Source of the DNA: Phoronis australis
Lineage: Eukaryota; Animalia; Phoronida
Direction: 5' to 3'
Length of the DNA: 41,410 bases
NCBI GenBank assembly: GCA_002633005.1
Contig: NMRA01000447.1
Location: forward strand, 37,791 to 79,200
Below the pieces are notes generated by a model. It saw nothing but the letters and a program-made list of their open reading frames with translations, was not told the origin of the DNA and did not search any database. This document shows positions 12,520 through 26,433 of this stretch, one piece after another (position 1 is the stretch's first letter; each line of letters begins with the position of its first letter). The position numbers were made by a program, and so were the translations under genes.

Positions 12520-14159
12520 TGTTCGGAAAATTGCGTTTAATTTCATTAAATCTTTTGACCTTTCATAAGCAATTATGCTGCCTAAAATAAGGATTTATTC
12601 CATTGAAAATGGCGAAATATTAAGAGGTCTGAGCAGTGACTTCCAGTCCAGTTGGTCACCCCCGGATCCGCACTGCTGTTACAAAACTCACTGCCGTCTC
12701 TTTATAAGGGCTTGGATGCTAAGTATTCAACATTCTGTGACGGGGAGTTGATTATTATTGCACAGGTATTTGTCCGCTGCATTGTGTATGAGAGGTTCCT
12801 TGGTTCACTCTGCCTGGAGACTAAGTCAGGGCAACTCTATACACGTATACATGCAGTCCAGTAGATTTCTAGCGTGAATTCGACACCCTACGAGTGAGTA
12901 TTCTTACTTAATATCAAATAAATTGATAAGATATTTGTGTTGGTTTCGCCTGTTTTATGGAATTGCCAAGAGTCGCAAGGTATGATGGCCTTCTTTAAAG
13001 TGACACTAACAGGTGCATATGTAGCATAATTCACCATGCCGCATGGTGGCATCTGACCATGCTGTACATTAGAATCTTCATGCTGTATGGCGGAATGGGT
13101 CAATCGTGAATTGTAGGAAAGATTGGAGCTAAGTTAATTATGACACGTTTTACGTTTGGTTGCATATAATCAAAACAGCAGCATCTGATACACATCTTGT
13201 TCACCTTTAGCAGCATTAGACCTTTCTTATATAACTCATGAATATATTAAGAGGAAATCCAAAGCTTGGCTAATACTGATATCCTAATCACAGTCATGCA
13301 GCCTCCTCTGTGCTGGCTGATAGTGACCTTACACTTGTTCCAATCATACAAGATTTATCTTTGTGGAATCTTATTGTAAAAATTCTTCATAGTCATCTGG
13401 CAAGAATTATCTGTCCGAAGGGTACAAGTAGGCTACTCCAGTGAAAGTTACAAAACGTCATTAAGAAGTGAACACTTTTACAGGCTGCATAAACATTCTT
13501 CAATTGTTGTTGAACTGTCAGCTGGTCAGGCATGGTAACTCTACATAGTCTATTTCATTGGATTTTTTTTTGTTTTCCAAGAAGAATTCAAAGATAACAA
13601 TGAGTGGATTTGTAAATTTATTAGATTATTTCGTCAGTCATCGATTCAGTTGTTTGGGACATGGATTGAACATGGTGTTTCACTTACATACTCGTGTTTT
13701 CAACCAATCCACAGTGGTCTCTTGTTGTTCTTTAATTATATCTGGACAGTTTAAAAACCGTAAATTAAGACATTAATATTATTTAACACCTGAAGCACAA
13801 GGTGGGTCATTTTTTCTACAATTTCTATCTCTTGTCTGATTACCCTGCAAACGGACTTGGACATATTTGATAGTGATGTTATCGCTGGCCCTGACCAAAG
13901 TTATTCCAGTCGAAAACTAACATGGCCACCACGAGGTGTAGTCACTGTTATGAACCAAATGTACATTCTAATATGCTGATAAAAATAAATTGACAGAGTA
14001 ATATTACACTGGATAAGTCTTGTCATTTGTTGCAAAAGCCATATGTGTGGTATCATTCAGTCACTACAGGGCCTCTGATGTTTGCTAAAAACATGCAACT
14101 GTCCACAATTGATTTACTGAGCCAGTATTGTTCAAGGAAATTGGACGGTAGTGTATACG

Positions 14160-14512
14160 CAAGTGATTAATTGTCCTTGATATGCCTAATGACTCTCCAC
14201 ATGTATTCTCAAGCTGGCTATTTGTTACCTTTTCCTTGTTTCCTCTGAAATGGTGTGATTTTTAGTTTTGGACCCTTATCACTGAGTATCTTATTAATTA
14301 AAAATATTTTATCAGCCATCACATTGCCCCCTTGTTCTATTAAGTCAGTTTAGTATACATGTAGCTACATCTGATATTGAGCCTGTCTACGGCCTATACA
14401 GTGACGATATAAATGTCATTGAGCCACGCGAAACAATATCCAACTACACAAGTGATTAGTTGTCCTTGATATGCCAAATGACTCTCCTCATGTATTCTAA
14501 AACTGGCTATTT
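14160..14512 (+). repeat. Two ~64 bp direct repeats (14160-14223 and 14449-14512)
   Basis: caagtgatta(a/g)ttgtccttgatatgcc(t/a)aatgactctcc(a/t)catgtattct...ctggctattt occurs twice, 289 bp apart. Confidence 0.9.
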
Positions 14513-16331
14513 TAAAGGCTGTGAAGAACATTTTGGGTTTGTCACCATTCACCAGAGAGTTTGGCTATAGATTTCCCCAGGTCAATGTTTTCCTACTTGC
14601 TGTTGCTACTGAGCAGTTGAAACGTTCTGACTCCTCCAGCGTCCCTTATATAAAGCTACAGAAAAACAAAAAGTTCATCAGGGGGACTATAATTAATACA
14701 CCCAGGTCTGCCAACTCTGCTAATATGCACCGGCCCGGTATAAAATTTCCAACACAGCAAGTGGTTACATACTATTCGCCGTACATATACATTCGTGTAC
14801 TAAGAGAATATCTACGTGGTTATTATGAATTTTTCAGATTCAAAATCAGTTTTTAGTGTGTAAAAATATCATAAGTCAGCGGTTACACCAGTGCTTGCAT
14901 CATTGCATGACTGCTTGTTTTACTGTAGAATGATTTTTCATGTACTTGAGAGGGTATGTGTGTCACCTGTAGTTTTCAGTATTATATACAAATCTATATG
15001 ACTGCATGTTTTCAGTCCAGCCTGACAACTCAAGCAGTCTCTGTGAATTAAGTCTCGGTTTTTGAGACTGAGTTTGTAGAACATTCATAGTTTGTCATTT
15101 TCTTTGAATTCCAGAAAATGTTTATTTAAAATAAGGTTTTACTTTGTAGAAGTTCAAAGTGCTATTAGGAAATGATGTGCTTGAAAGTTACTAGCTATTC
15201 AAGCATCACGGCCACTGGTGATACACAAAAGCCGACTAGAGGTGATATCTGATTGTGTCATAATGTACTTGCAAAGTTGGCCCATTGTATCTGCAAATTT
15301 TCACTAGCCACTGTCTTATTATTTCTTAGTCAGTAAGATATTGATGAAATGACATTACTTTGTTTCTTTGTTATTTGTGCAGCAAGAGACACAGCAGTGT
15401 GCAATTGTTTTTTGTAGAAATTCACTGAAAACAGCTTCCTGTAGACTTATAAGTACTATCCTCCTTCTGGGATTGGAATGTGAGTCATGCATAAATTTTG
15501 GGAATGGTTTATGCTTTGGCAATCATACTGTGCCCCTAGCCAGCGAAAAAGCGGTTCGGTTGCAACTAGACCAAACTCACATTTTCGGGCTTTCCAAAAC
15601 TGCCTTGTTTTTAAAAGAGGAACTTACGATGCCTTTATTTTTTCAAGTAAGATCTGTTTGCTTGACACAGGTCTGTTGGTAGGATATTTTTAATAGTCAG
15701 CTGCCAAGACACATACGTACGTCCAACTTCAGTTTGTATAAACAACCGACTTTTCTTAAAATTAAATTATCATGTCTCAGTGCTATTCAGAGCAGCATAA
15801 CGAAGTCAGACTTACATGTATGTACATTTTCTGTGGTCTTGGACAAGTCAGTCTTAGCAATTGTCTGTAAGTTTTCCTCAAGTCGTTAACAACGAATTCT
15901 ACAATTTGGAATGACTAGTGTAACTGGAGTGTACTAAAAGTCGCGTTAGCTCTCATAAATTTGGTGGCTACCAACATCCCACCAGTTGCCCGTCAGGTTC
16001 TGAAGTCTGTGCACATATCTTCGGGAATCGCCTAAAATTCATAACAGTGAAGTTTGGATGGGAGAAAACATACAAAATATAAGGGCGTTACGGGCGACAT
16101 TTATTTTTTTCTGAAATGAAGGGCAGTGTGGAATAAACCGGAGAATTCCACAGTTGCAACGTAACAATGCGCCTGAGTCAATTCCCTCCAGGTAAACGAC
16201 AGAGTATTTTTAAGGCAATGCTTTGGTTTCATCGAATGTCTGACAGACAACGACGTGAATTGCTGTTATCGCTACTACTAGCGCCTCCAAGTGGTGAATT
16301 AGAAACGGTCGAGTAGGAAGTGCGAGAACAA

Positions 16332-16413
16332 TGTTGCAGGGCGATAGATTGCACAAATTCAACCACGAAAACCCCAGACGTGTCATTTTTACGTTTCCTA
16401 AGGTTCCAGAAAG
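16332..16413 (+). pseudogene. Decayed THAP zinc-finger first exon (transposon-derived)
   Basis: CCRAIDCTNSTTKTPDVSFLRF, then with a -1 shift PKVPE(R), followed by a GTAAGT donor at 16414. This fits the THAP N-terminal CxxxxC...F.FP pattern. Confidence 0.6.
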
Positions 16414-17306
16414 GTAAGTATTATTTGTTATTCAAATATATATTACATTGTCTTTTATTTTGTGTGTTCTGTTCACGGTTGGAAGACTAAGACGATCGCA
16501 GTTCTGGTGCCGCTGTCGTCTGCTGTGTACTAAGTCTACTGCACAGGCTATGCTCTGCCTTCTACAGATGCTTTGTTGGCAATGTACGTCTACTAAAATC
16601 ATACACAATGTATGTGAGGGAGCATCAGAATCGACTATACTGTTGTGGTAGTGATGAATTGCTCTTTCTTCTTTTTATTTGTGTTACACCTACTGCACAA
16701 ACCAATGGGGCTATTCGGAAAATTTACATTAACTAGAGGGCGCGCGTGTACTAGTGGTGATAGATTAACAGCCTCGATTTCGCGAGCCCTTTAAATACAT
16801 GGTGAAATGGCTTGTAGGCGTGCCAATTGAATCTGAGATGGCGTGAAAAGGGTGCTTCTATGAGATAAAGTAAGCACGACCTTATACAAAGGTAAGGTTT
16901 GTGATTATTTTAACAATTATTCCATGTATATTCTACTGACGCCTGTTAACTGAGATACTCGCCGATGTCGACTTCACGGCAGTCGCCAGTCGGGTTAATC
17001 TTTGTTTGTTGTGATGCGTGTTACAATACATGACGTAGCAGTCGGGATGTTTTCGTACATCAAAGCAATGTTATTGTTTGGAATGATTTCCAACACGTTT
17101 ATCAGTGACAGTTACATTAATGAATGCTGAATGTTTAACTCGATATTGGTTAGTGAGATTACAATCCAAGCCCAATGCCATGGCAAAGAGTACGTAAATA
17201 TACATTAGACTATTTGTTTACTCCCTATCCTGTGTCTTCCGGAAATTTATTACACGTTGAAATGAAAATCTATCATGTCTGTTTTCACGTGACCTTTGGT
17301 TTTTAG

Positions 17307-17909
17307 GTTTGAGGGCTTGTACCGTGCAGAGGAGATATGCATCGCTTCTGCATCAACCCTGAATGGACAAAAATTGGTTTTAAGCAGTTGACTGCAGCTA
17401 ATCAACAAGATCCTCCCATCCTGTGTAGATCTGTTGTTAAAGCCTACTTTCTTCATCGGAGACAACGAACAAGCTTTGTTACTCCGGCCCACAGCATTTC
17501 CACACACCATTAGTGCTGCATGGCACAATGTACATGTCAGTGGCCCTGGTGAAATGTACTTGAATCGCAGTACGAAGTTATCATAAGACAACGTGTTGTT
17601 TGTGTATGTATGAAGGGGAACTATATCTGATTGCTACACAAGTCAGCCTCGTTGGTGAGGATGGCCTTTCATAGGCAATAAGTCATGTGTGGACGATAGC
17701 TTATTTCCCTCCTGGAAAAACATGCTGGATTGAAGCTAAAGAAGACGTAGTGGCACTCTGGTGTAGTTTAAGGACAGATTTTGGGCACAAAACGAGTCAA
17801 ATGATATGCTGTTGTGTTTACCTTCAAGGATCTAATTGGGGCTGAATGAGGTTACTTGGAGGAAAGCCACGTGCCGAAACTGGACCTTTTTTACAAGCGC
17901 TTCTATAGG
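17307..17909 (+). pseudogene. Decayed YqaJ-like (lambda exonuclease fold) gene, probably from an ISL2EU/Harbinger-group transposon
   Basis: The single frame 17712-17909 reads LEKHAGLKLKKT*WHSGVV*GQILGTKRVK*YAVVFTFKDL...HVPKLDLFYKRFY. This resembles the LKL...QVQGQL...C.FVVWT..D...PKL..FY C-terminus of eukaryotic YqaJ proteins. The 5' boundary is a guess at a ttttag acceptor. Confidence 0.55.
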
Positions 17910-19314
17910 CTATTGAAACTGGATCTCTGTGAAATGAAAACTAACAGCATCTGGTATAAATACCTGTCCTTTCTCACTGAGTGACATTAACTTTTCCTTT
18001 CAGAAGAAAGGCTCTATGCTAATGGTAAAAACATTTCAATTTGGTACACGTTATGGGGAAATGACATTCAGTAACTGCATCGATTGTCTTATTGTCAGTA
18101 GAAAGCCCGTTAATGTTACACTTTGATGATGAATACAATTTTCATCAACAGGTAAGATTGTCACTAAGTATTGAAACCACAATATTTCCTCAGTTTCAAA
18201 GCCCCACACAGTGCAGTTGTGCTTATTCTTTATAAATCTGAAATGATTAGCGATTACGCTTGCGAATTGTCGTTTTCTTCAGTGTTGACCTCTAGAAATG
18301 TGCAGCGATCAAAATGAAGTATTCCCTTTGTTTGGATTTGATTTGTTTGTGTGTGTAATTATTTTTAGAGCTTTCTTAAGAAGGCCTTTGAACAATTTTA
18401 AGTTTTGTGTTAACTTGTCCACAACAAAAGTTCCACATGCACGAAAAGTATATAAAGAAACAACATTGTTAAAAAGAATTGTAATTTTCCCTAGCAATAG
18501 AGTCCAAAATCAGGAATAGCAAGGGCTGATTCTCTCAAGTTAATGCTGAAAGATTGCTTTTCACTTTGTCCAAAGGTAAAATAAACGGTCAGGCGGCTGG
18601 TTTCAGTCGTTTTCTCTCACCTGTAACAGAATAGCGGGAGAAATATTAACAAATTATAAAAGAAAGCACAAGACAAAACTACTTTAGTAAGGCAGAACAT
18701 ACTTGACGTTTCATCTTCATGTTTACATGTAGAAACTAATAATCTTTGTACCCAAGTCTTATTTAAGATCTGAATTAAACTATGTGAAACAGGCTAAAAG
18801 TGATTTAATAATGTTGACACAGTATTTTTCACGACGCCTAAAATGTGCATCTGACCTCAACTAGTAAAATTCATTCTAGGAGTTAATTTTTATTCTAATG
18901 CAATGTTATGACGTTTACTGAATAGCTCATTCATCGGTTAATTCAGTAACTAATATGGTAGTCCTGGGGGTGGAGTCCGCCATAAAATAAGGAAACTCAC
19001 TCGTCTAGAGAATTTTATTGGACATAGCATAGCTTTGAGGAGAACCTGCTGTGAAAGTCATCCTTGACTTCTGAGCGCCATACACCTCTTATGTTGGGCG
19101 CATTCCCACCCCTGGAGGACAATATGTGAATATGTGCTGCTAGCCTACCCGGCATCCGAGTCCTGGTTGAGTTTCCGAAAAGGGACACTTAGTTCCATTT
19201 AATAAGCCCGTTATTCAGAGGGGTAGCTGGTGGGGATAACATCACCGAACATACATATGTATCTTCAAAGGTCCTCAACAGATTATCAGAAAGTTTGGAA
19301 TATAGGCATTTATT

Positions 19315-19830
19315 GGTGAGATGATGCTATCCTCCCACTTTCGGATGGAATCGAGGTACTTTGCGCCCCCTAGTGGACATTTTTCCTGTTTTCGAGTTGT
19401 TTTTTGGCGTCCACCCCTCGATCAACCAAACCATTCTGAGGATGACTTTGAAAATAGATGTGTTATTATGTTCTCAGTGTGAAGAGGACGGTTGACGATA
19501 ACGAATTCGACTACTGTAGCGCCTACTAGTGGTAATTTTCTTTTGTTTTGCTCCCATAGCTGCATCTCCTAAACTCACTGCAGGATCTTTATTAAATTTA
19601 CTACTGTAGTTGTATTGATATGAAGCTAACAACAGATAACGATGTCTTTCAGGCGGACCCAATGAAGGCTGTGTCCCATAGTGGCAATTTTTTGTTTTCC
19701 TTTGTTTCTCTGAAGTTCCTTAACAGATTTTTATGAAATTTGGTAAATAGCTTTCTATTAAAAAATCGATGACATGTTCCAATTTTCAGATTAATTGAAT
19801 GTTTTTTCGCCCTCTGGTGTCTATTTTTAT
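19315..19830 (-). mobile_element. Dispersed, internally repetitive element (Helitron/Helentron-like), inverted copy
   Basis: Diverged reverse-complement match to ~31860-32335 and 3795-4150 (ttaatagaaagctatt, tttaggagatgcagctatgg, tccgaaa.tgggaggatagcatc). The class assignment is inference. Confidence 0.65.
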
Positions 19831-21752
19831 GAATCAATTAAACAACCCAAGGAGCATTCGTGGGCGCATTTCAACGCTCCGCGCTGCTCTTGTGTATGGA
19901 GTTTACTTGATTAACTGAAAAGTAAAACAACGTGTTCCGAACAAACTCATGCTGTTTGAAAAGATTCTGCAATTTATCTGCTGAGTTATTTCCATTTAAC
20001 TAGTGTTGCTTTCTGCTTGGATACGTGTTTTCAATGCATGATCATGAGATTTAAAGATCCGCTTAAAAGAATAAAAGTAAAGCCCAACTTCAACGGAATT
20101 TTGCTATTTTAGATGTATCTGGCTCACCAGATAGGCCTAGAAAAATATGACAACCGAGTTTAAACACTCAAATGTAGGCTCGTCAAATGATAGATGAAAT
20201 CAAGTTGGTTTTTCTTGCCACATTGCGTCACAACAAGATCCCAGCACAAACAACAAAGAGCCGATAACAGTTTTAGGGGTCTGATTAGAAAAAATACATT
20301 GTGTGCGAGTATTCATAACAATAATAGTAACATTACAATAATAATAATAACGGTAGTGGAAGTGGCTGTGGCCGTAGCCGTGGTACAATTTGACTTAAAA
20401 CGTGATTTTCGCGGTCACGTGCATTGACAAAAGTTAACCAACGAGCCTAACCAGTTCCTTATATTTGGCAAATTGATGATACTGGTGGGCTCAGAGCTAT
20501 GCTTTTAACATACCGTAGAAACAAAATCTACAGGTGATAAATTGCAAGATAGTCTTACGTGTATATGTAGGTACCTTTGATTTTGAGTAAATAACTGTTA
20601 AATTGTTGATTCCTGTACAGTCTGCAACACAAATAGGATGTACACTCGTAAAATAATTGAGATAAGTCAATGAACTCTTTATGTTATTCTTTTATAGACA
20701 AGGCTATAGAAAAAGTAACAAAGACAAACATCTCGATTATGTGAAAATTACTTGGCAACCTGATGTGTGTTACCATATGTGTATGCGTAACTGTGGCATT
20801 TCGCGTTCAACAAATGGAAGCTCTGCACTTTACATATGTATGAGTGTAGATGTGGCAAACAATTTATACTCAATTAATATGCAGTCACGTTGGACGTGTT
20901 TCGAGTATCAGATATAATAATAGAACTGCTACAAAGGGCGAATAGATAGGGTCCTCTGGTAATACTGAGGAGGGTTTGGGCATGGGAGCTTATTTCCATC
21001 TGTTAGAATATACTTCTAGCATGCAGCATCAGTAAAAAGGGAGTACTGCCTACGCCATTACATATTTTCATACTTTAGACACCTTGGAAGTCTGGCGAGA
21101 TTCGTGTGTCGATAGCTGTGCTTGGATGGTGCTTGAAATTCAAACATGGTCACTTATTGTTTGACCCAGATCGAAGGTCTCGCAGCAGTTAATCACGAAT
21201 GAGCCCCCCAATTTGATGGATTGGGTAAAACGGTCCGCCTCAGAGAAATGAAAAGTCCGAGTAAAAGAGACAAAAGTCCACAAAGCCCACAGGATATCAG
21301 CACAATCCGTAGGCCTGAACCTAGTGGCCCCGTTTGTCTTTTCTTTTTTAGTCCTCGCTGATTTTTTTCAGTAAAAGGTCCGCATACCGAAAAATTCGAG
21401 CCCCCCTATAATTTAGGCTGGGTGCGCGCATGCTTGATAGTCCAGGTTAAGTTCGACTTTATCCACTTCAATGACACACTCTCATTAATTGTCTTTGCTA
21501 CAGATAATATTCTCGTGTTTCGCTGTCATTGTAGTAATTGTTAGTTCACTAAGCCAGGGTTTGTTTTGTTTATGTAGTTTGTAGTGTGGCCACCAGGTGT
21601 CTTCTCTACTTCCTGTAGAGTGACACGCGTGCTCTTACATTTTCATTGAGCTATTGTCTTTGAACCATTGTTATGGAGATGTACTCAGATTGACCATGGG
21701 TGTGGTGCACAGCCGCTGCATTAGTTTTCTGACAGCCTTCTAGTGAAATGGT

Positions 21753-22530
21753 GGTAATTGTTTACAATATGACGACATTGACTTACACAAATGATTTTGG
21801 TATCGTTCGATTCCTCTCAACGTTATCTTTCCAAAAATATATGAATGTTTCCCCTACCGCGATTCCTCCGTATTTTATTGTCGAATTTCGGGTCGCACTA
21901 TTTCCCGATTGACACCGCCATGTTAGCTCAACTCAAGATTACAGCGACACCTGTTGTTAATGAATGAAACAGCATCATTGATTCTGAATGGTGTTTGCCC
22001 GCGCGAGATTCCCGCTAGTTTTCCCCGACATAATATGGAGGAACAAGTACCGGCATTTCACCTTTTCCAATTTTTTATAATTGTGACCATTTGATCATTT
22101 TTCCACGAAAATTGTTTGAAGTGAAACCCTGTTCACCAATTGGGACCTCACAAACAACCTCCGCTTTTTCGCGGATTCTTGCTAGCAGATGCGTACCAGG
22201 GTCACCATAGGATCGAATTCGAACCCTTGGGACCGTAACTCAAGCAGGAGATAGACGGGTTTGGGTCAATTTGAACTTATGAAAAGCGACAATCTGCAGA
22301 AGTCGGTAGATTAGTTCAGTTTTTGACCGCCAGGTGACTCCTTCCATTCAACATGGCGGTGTTACTACCGAGTACCGGGAAATAGTCCGAACAGAAATTT
22401 CACGATAAAATACTAAGAGAGCAGGATAGAAAAAAATTCGTTGTATTTTTAGAAACATAACGTTGCAAGGAATCGAACAATACCAAAATCATTTGTGTAA
22501 GTCAATGTCGTCATATTGTAAACAATTACC
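21753..22530. mobile_element. 778 bp non-autonomous DNA transposon with ~170 bp TIRs (Merlin-like termini)
   Basis: GGTAATTGTTTACAATATGACGACATTGACTTACACAAATGATTTTGGTAT is perfectly mirrored at 22480-22530, and imperfect symmetry continues to caccgccatgtt / aacatggcggtg. Flanks gaaatggt / cagatgtt are at best a degenerate 8 bp TSD. Confidence 0.85.
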
Positions 22531-22946
22531 CAGATGTTAGGTTTGGCAGCCACAGAGCTTCACATTCTGTAAGTTGAAATTTTGTTATTTTGTTTTCTCT
22601 TGTACTGTGTAAAGCCAGTAACTAGAATTTGGTCAGTGAGTTGCTTACTCTGTTTAGTCTGACTTAACTGCTAGTTTAGTTACTGTTTATAAGTTTTGCT
22701 GTTTAGCTAGAGTGGAATGTTATCCTGTATGCAGAGTCAGTTTGGTAGATTTTGATATCTCGCTGATTGTAGTTTTGTTGTTTTTTCAGTAAACGTATAT
22801 ATGTGACACAGAACCAAGGTGTTTTCTTTAATCCGGATTGCCCGGCCTGTGGTATCGTCACACTAATACGTGGCTAATTAGATTTCGAGTAAGGGCGTGA
22901 TGAATCTTGTCATTTGAAAAAGCCCTCGGGAGCGTTTCAACAAGAT

Positions 22947-23179
22947 TTTAGTCTTCTTCCCCATCTGTGGAACTTTGCGGGAGTGCTTTACTTTTCGTTG
23001 ATGAGTTCATAATTAGATGAGTTTTCCGAGATATTGAGGAAAACGAGAAATATGCAGAAAATTTAGTCTTCTTCCCCATCTGTGGAACTTTGCGGGAGTG
23101 CTTTACTTTTCGTTGATGAGTTCATAATTAGATGAGTTTTCCGAGATATTGAGGAAAACGAGAAATATGCAGAAAATTT
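22947..23179 (+). repeat. Exact 115 bp tandem duplication
   Basis: 22947-23061 repeats as 23062-23176, bounded by TTT microhomology. Confidence 0.95.
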
Positions 23180-23298
23180 GGCAAACCATTCAAATTAGCT
23201 TTTCGCGCTCAAACACATCACGTGATGCTATCCAAAAATACCATTTTTTTAGTAGCAAGGAATAAAATAAATACACAAAACGTGCTGAGAGTGGCGTA

Positions 23299-23362
23299 CA
23301 TGAAGTAATATCCCACTCGACATTATTACACGGAATAATGTCGAGTGGGATATTACTTCATG
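23299..23362. repeat. Perfect 29 bp hairpin with a 6 nt loop
   Basis: catgaagtaatatcccactcgacattatt-acacgg-aataatgtcgagtgggatattacttcatg. Confidence 0.95.
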
Positions 23363-24025
23363 GAAGCCAGTCAAGGTACGCTTAGTATTTATCCCATACG
23401 CTTCGAATTCCCAAGTTTCTTTCATTTTTCCGCAGATTTTTTAAATTCTTCACTCGGACTGTTGACGTAGCGGATCACATCCTATATGTATGTACATTTG
23501 TACTTGCGCGTTAGGCTGCAAGTTTTCTCTAGTAAAAGAAACAGTTTTAAATGTGGCGATTTATTACTTGAAAAGAAATATAACAAAGATGTAAACAAGG
23601 GTAAACTTTCATTGAACTTGTTACATGTCCTGAAAATAGTTAAATATTTGATATTGTATTTACCAAGGAATCGGCGCCAGACGATAAAATATTTAACTGA
23701 GACAGAACTGTCATATAATTAACAGTACGGGCTAGGGCTGGACCTTTTTCACGAATCCCCCGTGGCTACACTGTATGGGCAGGCAAAAGAACATCGATTA
23801 ACCATCAGCCACTTACGAAAACGCTACTACAGAGTTTATTGGAGTTGCCCAAGCCTAAAGTTTTCTTTTGCCTATGGAAGACTACGCACTCAAATGCTGC
23901 CTGCGGTTTAAGGTGGTAACTGGAATGGAAAGTCATTATAGCAGGGAATGTCATGAGATAGCTTTTTAGAGAACAATGCGTGAATCATTTTCCTTTTTAG
24001 CGAGCTAATAGGGCAACATACAGCC

Positions 24026-24600
24026 TTAAAGCAGAATGCCACCCGATTTACTTAGTGTTTTTTACCGTCTCAATCGGTCTCTATCCACATCGCCTCTTAT
24101 ACAGTCGACCTCACTTTGCCAAGCGATGTCGCGTTAACCTGTGAGGAAGGTCAGAAACGACGCAGTGACGTCAGTGGTTCATCTGCGTAGTGAATGCCGG
24201 TATATTGCGGTGCATTGTTCCCGCTTGTCCGAATTATGAAGCTGCGAAGAAAGCTGATATATCGTTTTTTCGACTTCCTCGAGAGCCTGAGATGCTTAGG
24301 AAGTAGCTCGCGGTAGTGAAGAATGAAAAGTACGCTGTTAATAGCAAATATGAGGCCGTGTAACATCTCCGTGTCTGTGGCCGGCATTTCGTCGACAATG
24401 ATTTCTCTGACGAATTCCGGCTTACCAAAGAACTATCCATACGTTCCATTGCCTGTGCATGTTCACGGTGCCACTCTAGTATTTCTTGATCAGTGTACTG
24501 AGTCCGGTTCGAACTGATAGCCTGTGAAACCTAAAGATCCGACCCGTGAAGTCTTCGTCGGATGAGCTCTAGATTAAGTCTGAATTGGCGCCGAGCGCGT
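24026..24600 (-). mobile_element. Truncated Kolobok-like relic
   Basis: Starts at TTAAAG. The minus strand gives frameshifted SSSDEDF...GYQFEP/QYTDQEILEW...MPATDTE, similar to the acidic Y.FEP N-terminus of the Kolobok accessory ORF. The other terminus was not found. Confidence 0.4.
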
Positions 24601-26433
24601 TGCCAGGTAGACGTTTTTATTCTGTGTTCTGCTTCAAAATGAATTATTCTCACCCTAACCAAACCATTTATAAAACTGAAACAAAGCCGGTCTCATTAGA
24701 TACAACTTGTAATGCCTTTGGAGTGTTCGTGAGTGCAAATGTTTTGAGAAGCCAGCAATGAATAAACCACTGCGTTACCGGCTTTAGATGTAATAAATGC
24801 AATTGACTGGGCACCTAGGCCATGTAAGCGCATGCTAATTCAGTGTTTCCTGACAGAAAGCTGTGGTGAATCAATAACTCGATTTTATATGCTATGGTCA
24901 CATGTTAGGGGAATCTTTATTTAGATACACAAATGCATTATTCAAATCATTGTTACTTTACAACCTTTGCCCTGACGTTTCTGCGGAAGGGGAACCTGAC
25001 TTTGCGGCCTCCGCCACTTAAGTAGATTTTCAGTTTCGTGGCTAATTCACCTAAATAATTACGTGCACATTATTTATTTGGCTCACTATTATATTTTTTC
25101 GTGACTTTAGGTTTAGTTTCCAACTTAAACTGATTTATGCTCGTGATGTCCAGTCCCAGCGGCCGCGACGGACCTGATCGGGTTCCGAGCCACTGCCGGG
25201 GAGTAACAAGCGTTTTGTGAGTTTAGAACTGAAAAATCGCAAGTCTAAAAGTACAACACACAGCTATGTTCCCCCGTCTGTATTTCACGGAAGAAAGATT
25301 TGAGTTTATCACCAAACAGACCCGATCTCCCACTATCGACTATGGTAAATTAGCCTACCGAACTCTGTAGGCTACGGTACGTCCAAATACCTTTAAATCC
25401 GTAACAGTGAAATAAAACAACACGCTTGTTCGAGAACTCTATGTATTTGTAAGGGCTTTTACATCGAATTTTGATGATTTATTGGTGTAAAACGATGAAT
25501 TCAAGCGATAAGTTGACACCAGTAAGCGTGTTGTGAACGGCTAAACAGACTGCGTTGTAACCAATTACGTCCTTGGTTAATTTCAACTCCTCTGTCTGCC
25601 GTTAGGTGTCGGTAAAACAACTGAACTTGCGGTTAGCAAGTGGAACTTCTCGATCTAAATTGATACAAAATAGGTTGTTTTTTGGGTGGTATTCTCCTTT
25701 TCGTAAGATAAAGCTACTGACGTTTTGTTTATTCTAACACCGACCTGTCATTATTTTCACACCTACTTGTATGTACATGTATTGTCTCGTGCCGTGGCGA
25801 TCAAAATGCGCGACATATTTTTTAATCATTTGAGCGTTTTACGGATTTGACTGTAATTAAAGTATAAATAGTAGTAAACGCAGATTTCTGCAACATTTAA
25901 AATCCATATTTATCCCTGAAACTGTAAGGCACTGTCATACACAAGAATTAGATATCTTGCTTAAGTCAATCAACCAAAAACGTCACGTTAAAATGCGCAG
26001 ATTCTGGTTTTTGGGGGAACCATGCCTCCAAAGCCCCCATGGGATATTGTGTATCCCATGCTTTGTTTTAGGAAATAGACTTTTGAATTGAATTGAATTG
26101 AATCACAAACATATCTTGAAAAAAATTCACGCTTCAATATATTTTGATGCTGGTTGAAATTCAAGAAAGTCTATATCCTTTGACCCTCCATCAATAAATT
26201 AAATAGTTCTTGCCAATCTGAAGTTCCAATAGTAGAAAGAAAAACATGTTACGCCTGTGCTCAGTTACCAACAGAGTGACACCAATTTGCAATAAAATCG
26301 GACAATGTTACATCGATAAGGATACTGAACTATTTGTTTTGTCTTTTCAGCGCTCTTACAAAATAAACTACTTCAGGGGTGAGTAGCTGCCGGTCTGCTG
26401 GAAAACTCCTTTGGTCAAAGTTAACTACGAATC

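Noticed and set aside
11703-12560. Helentron-type non-autonomous element ending in (CA)n
   Set aside because: The overall look is suggestive, but termini could not be defined and there is no second copy.
14660-14690. Hammerhead ribozyme (CTGATGA on the minus strand; also near 1408)
   Set aside because: No stem II followed by GAAA.
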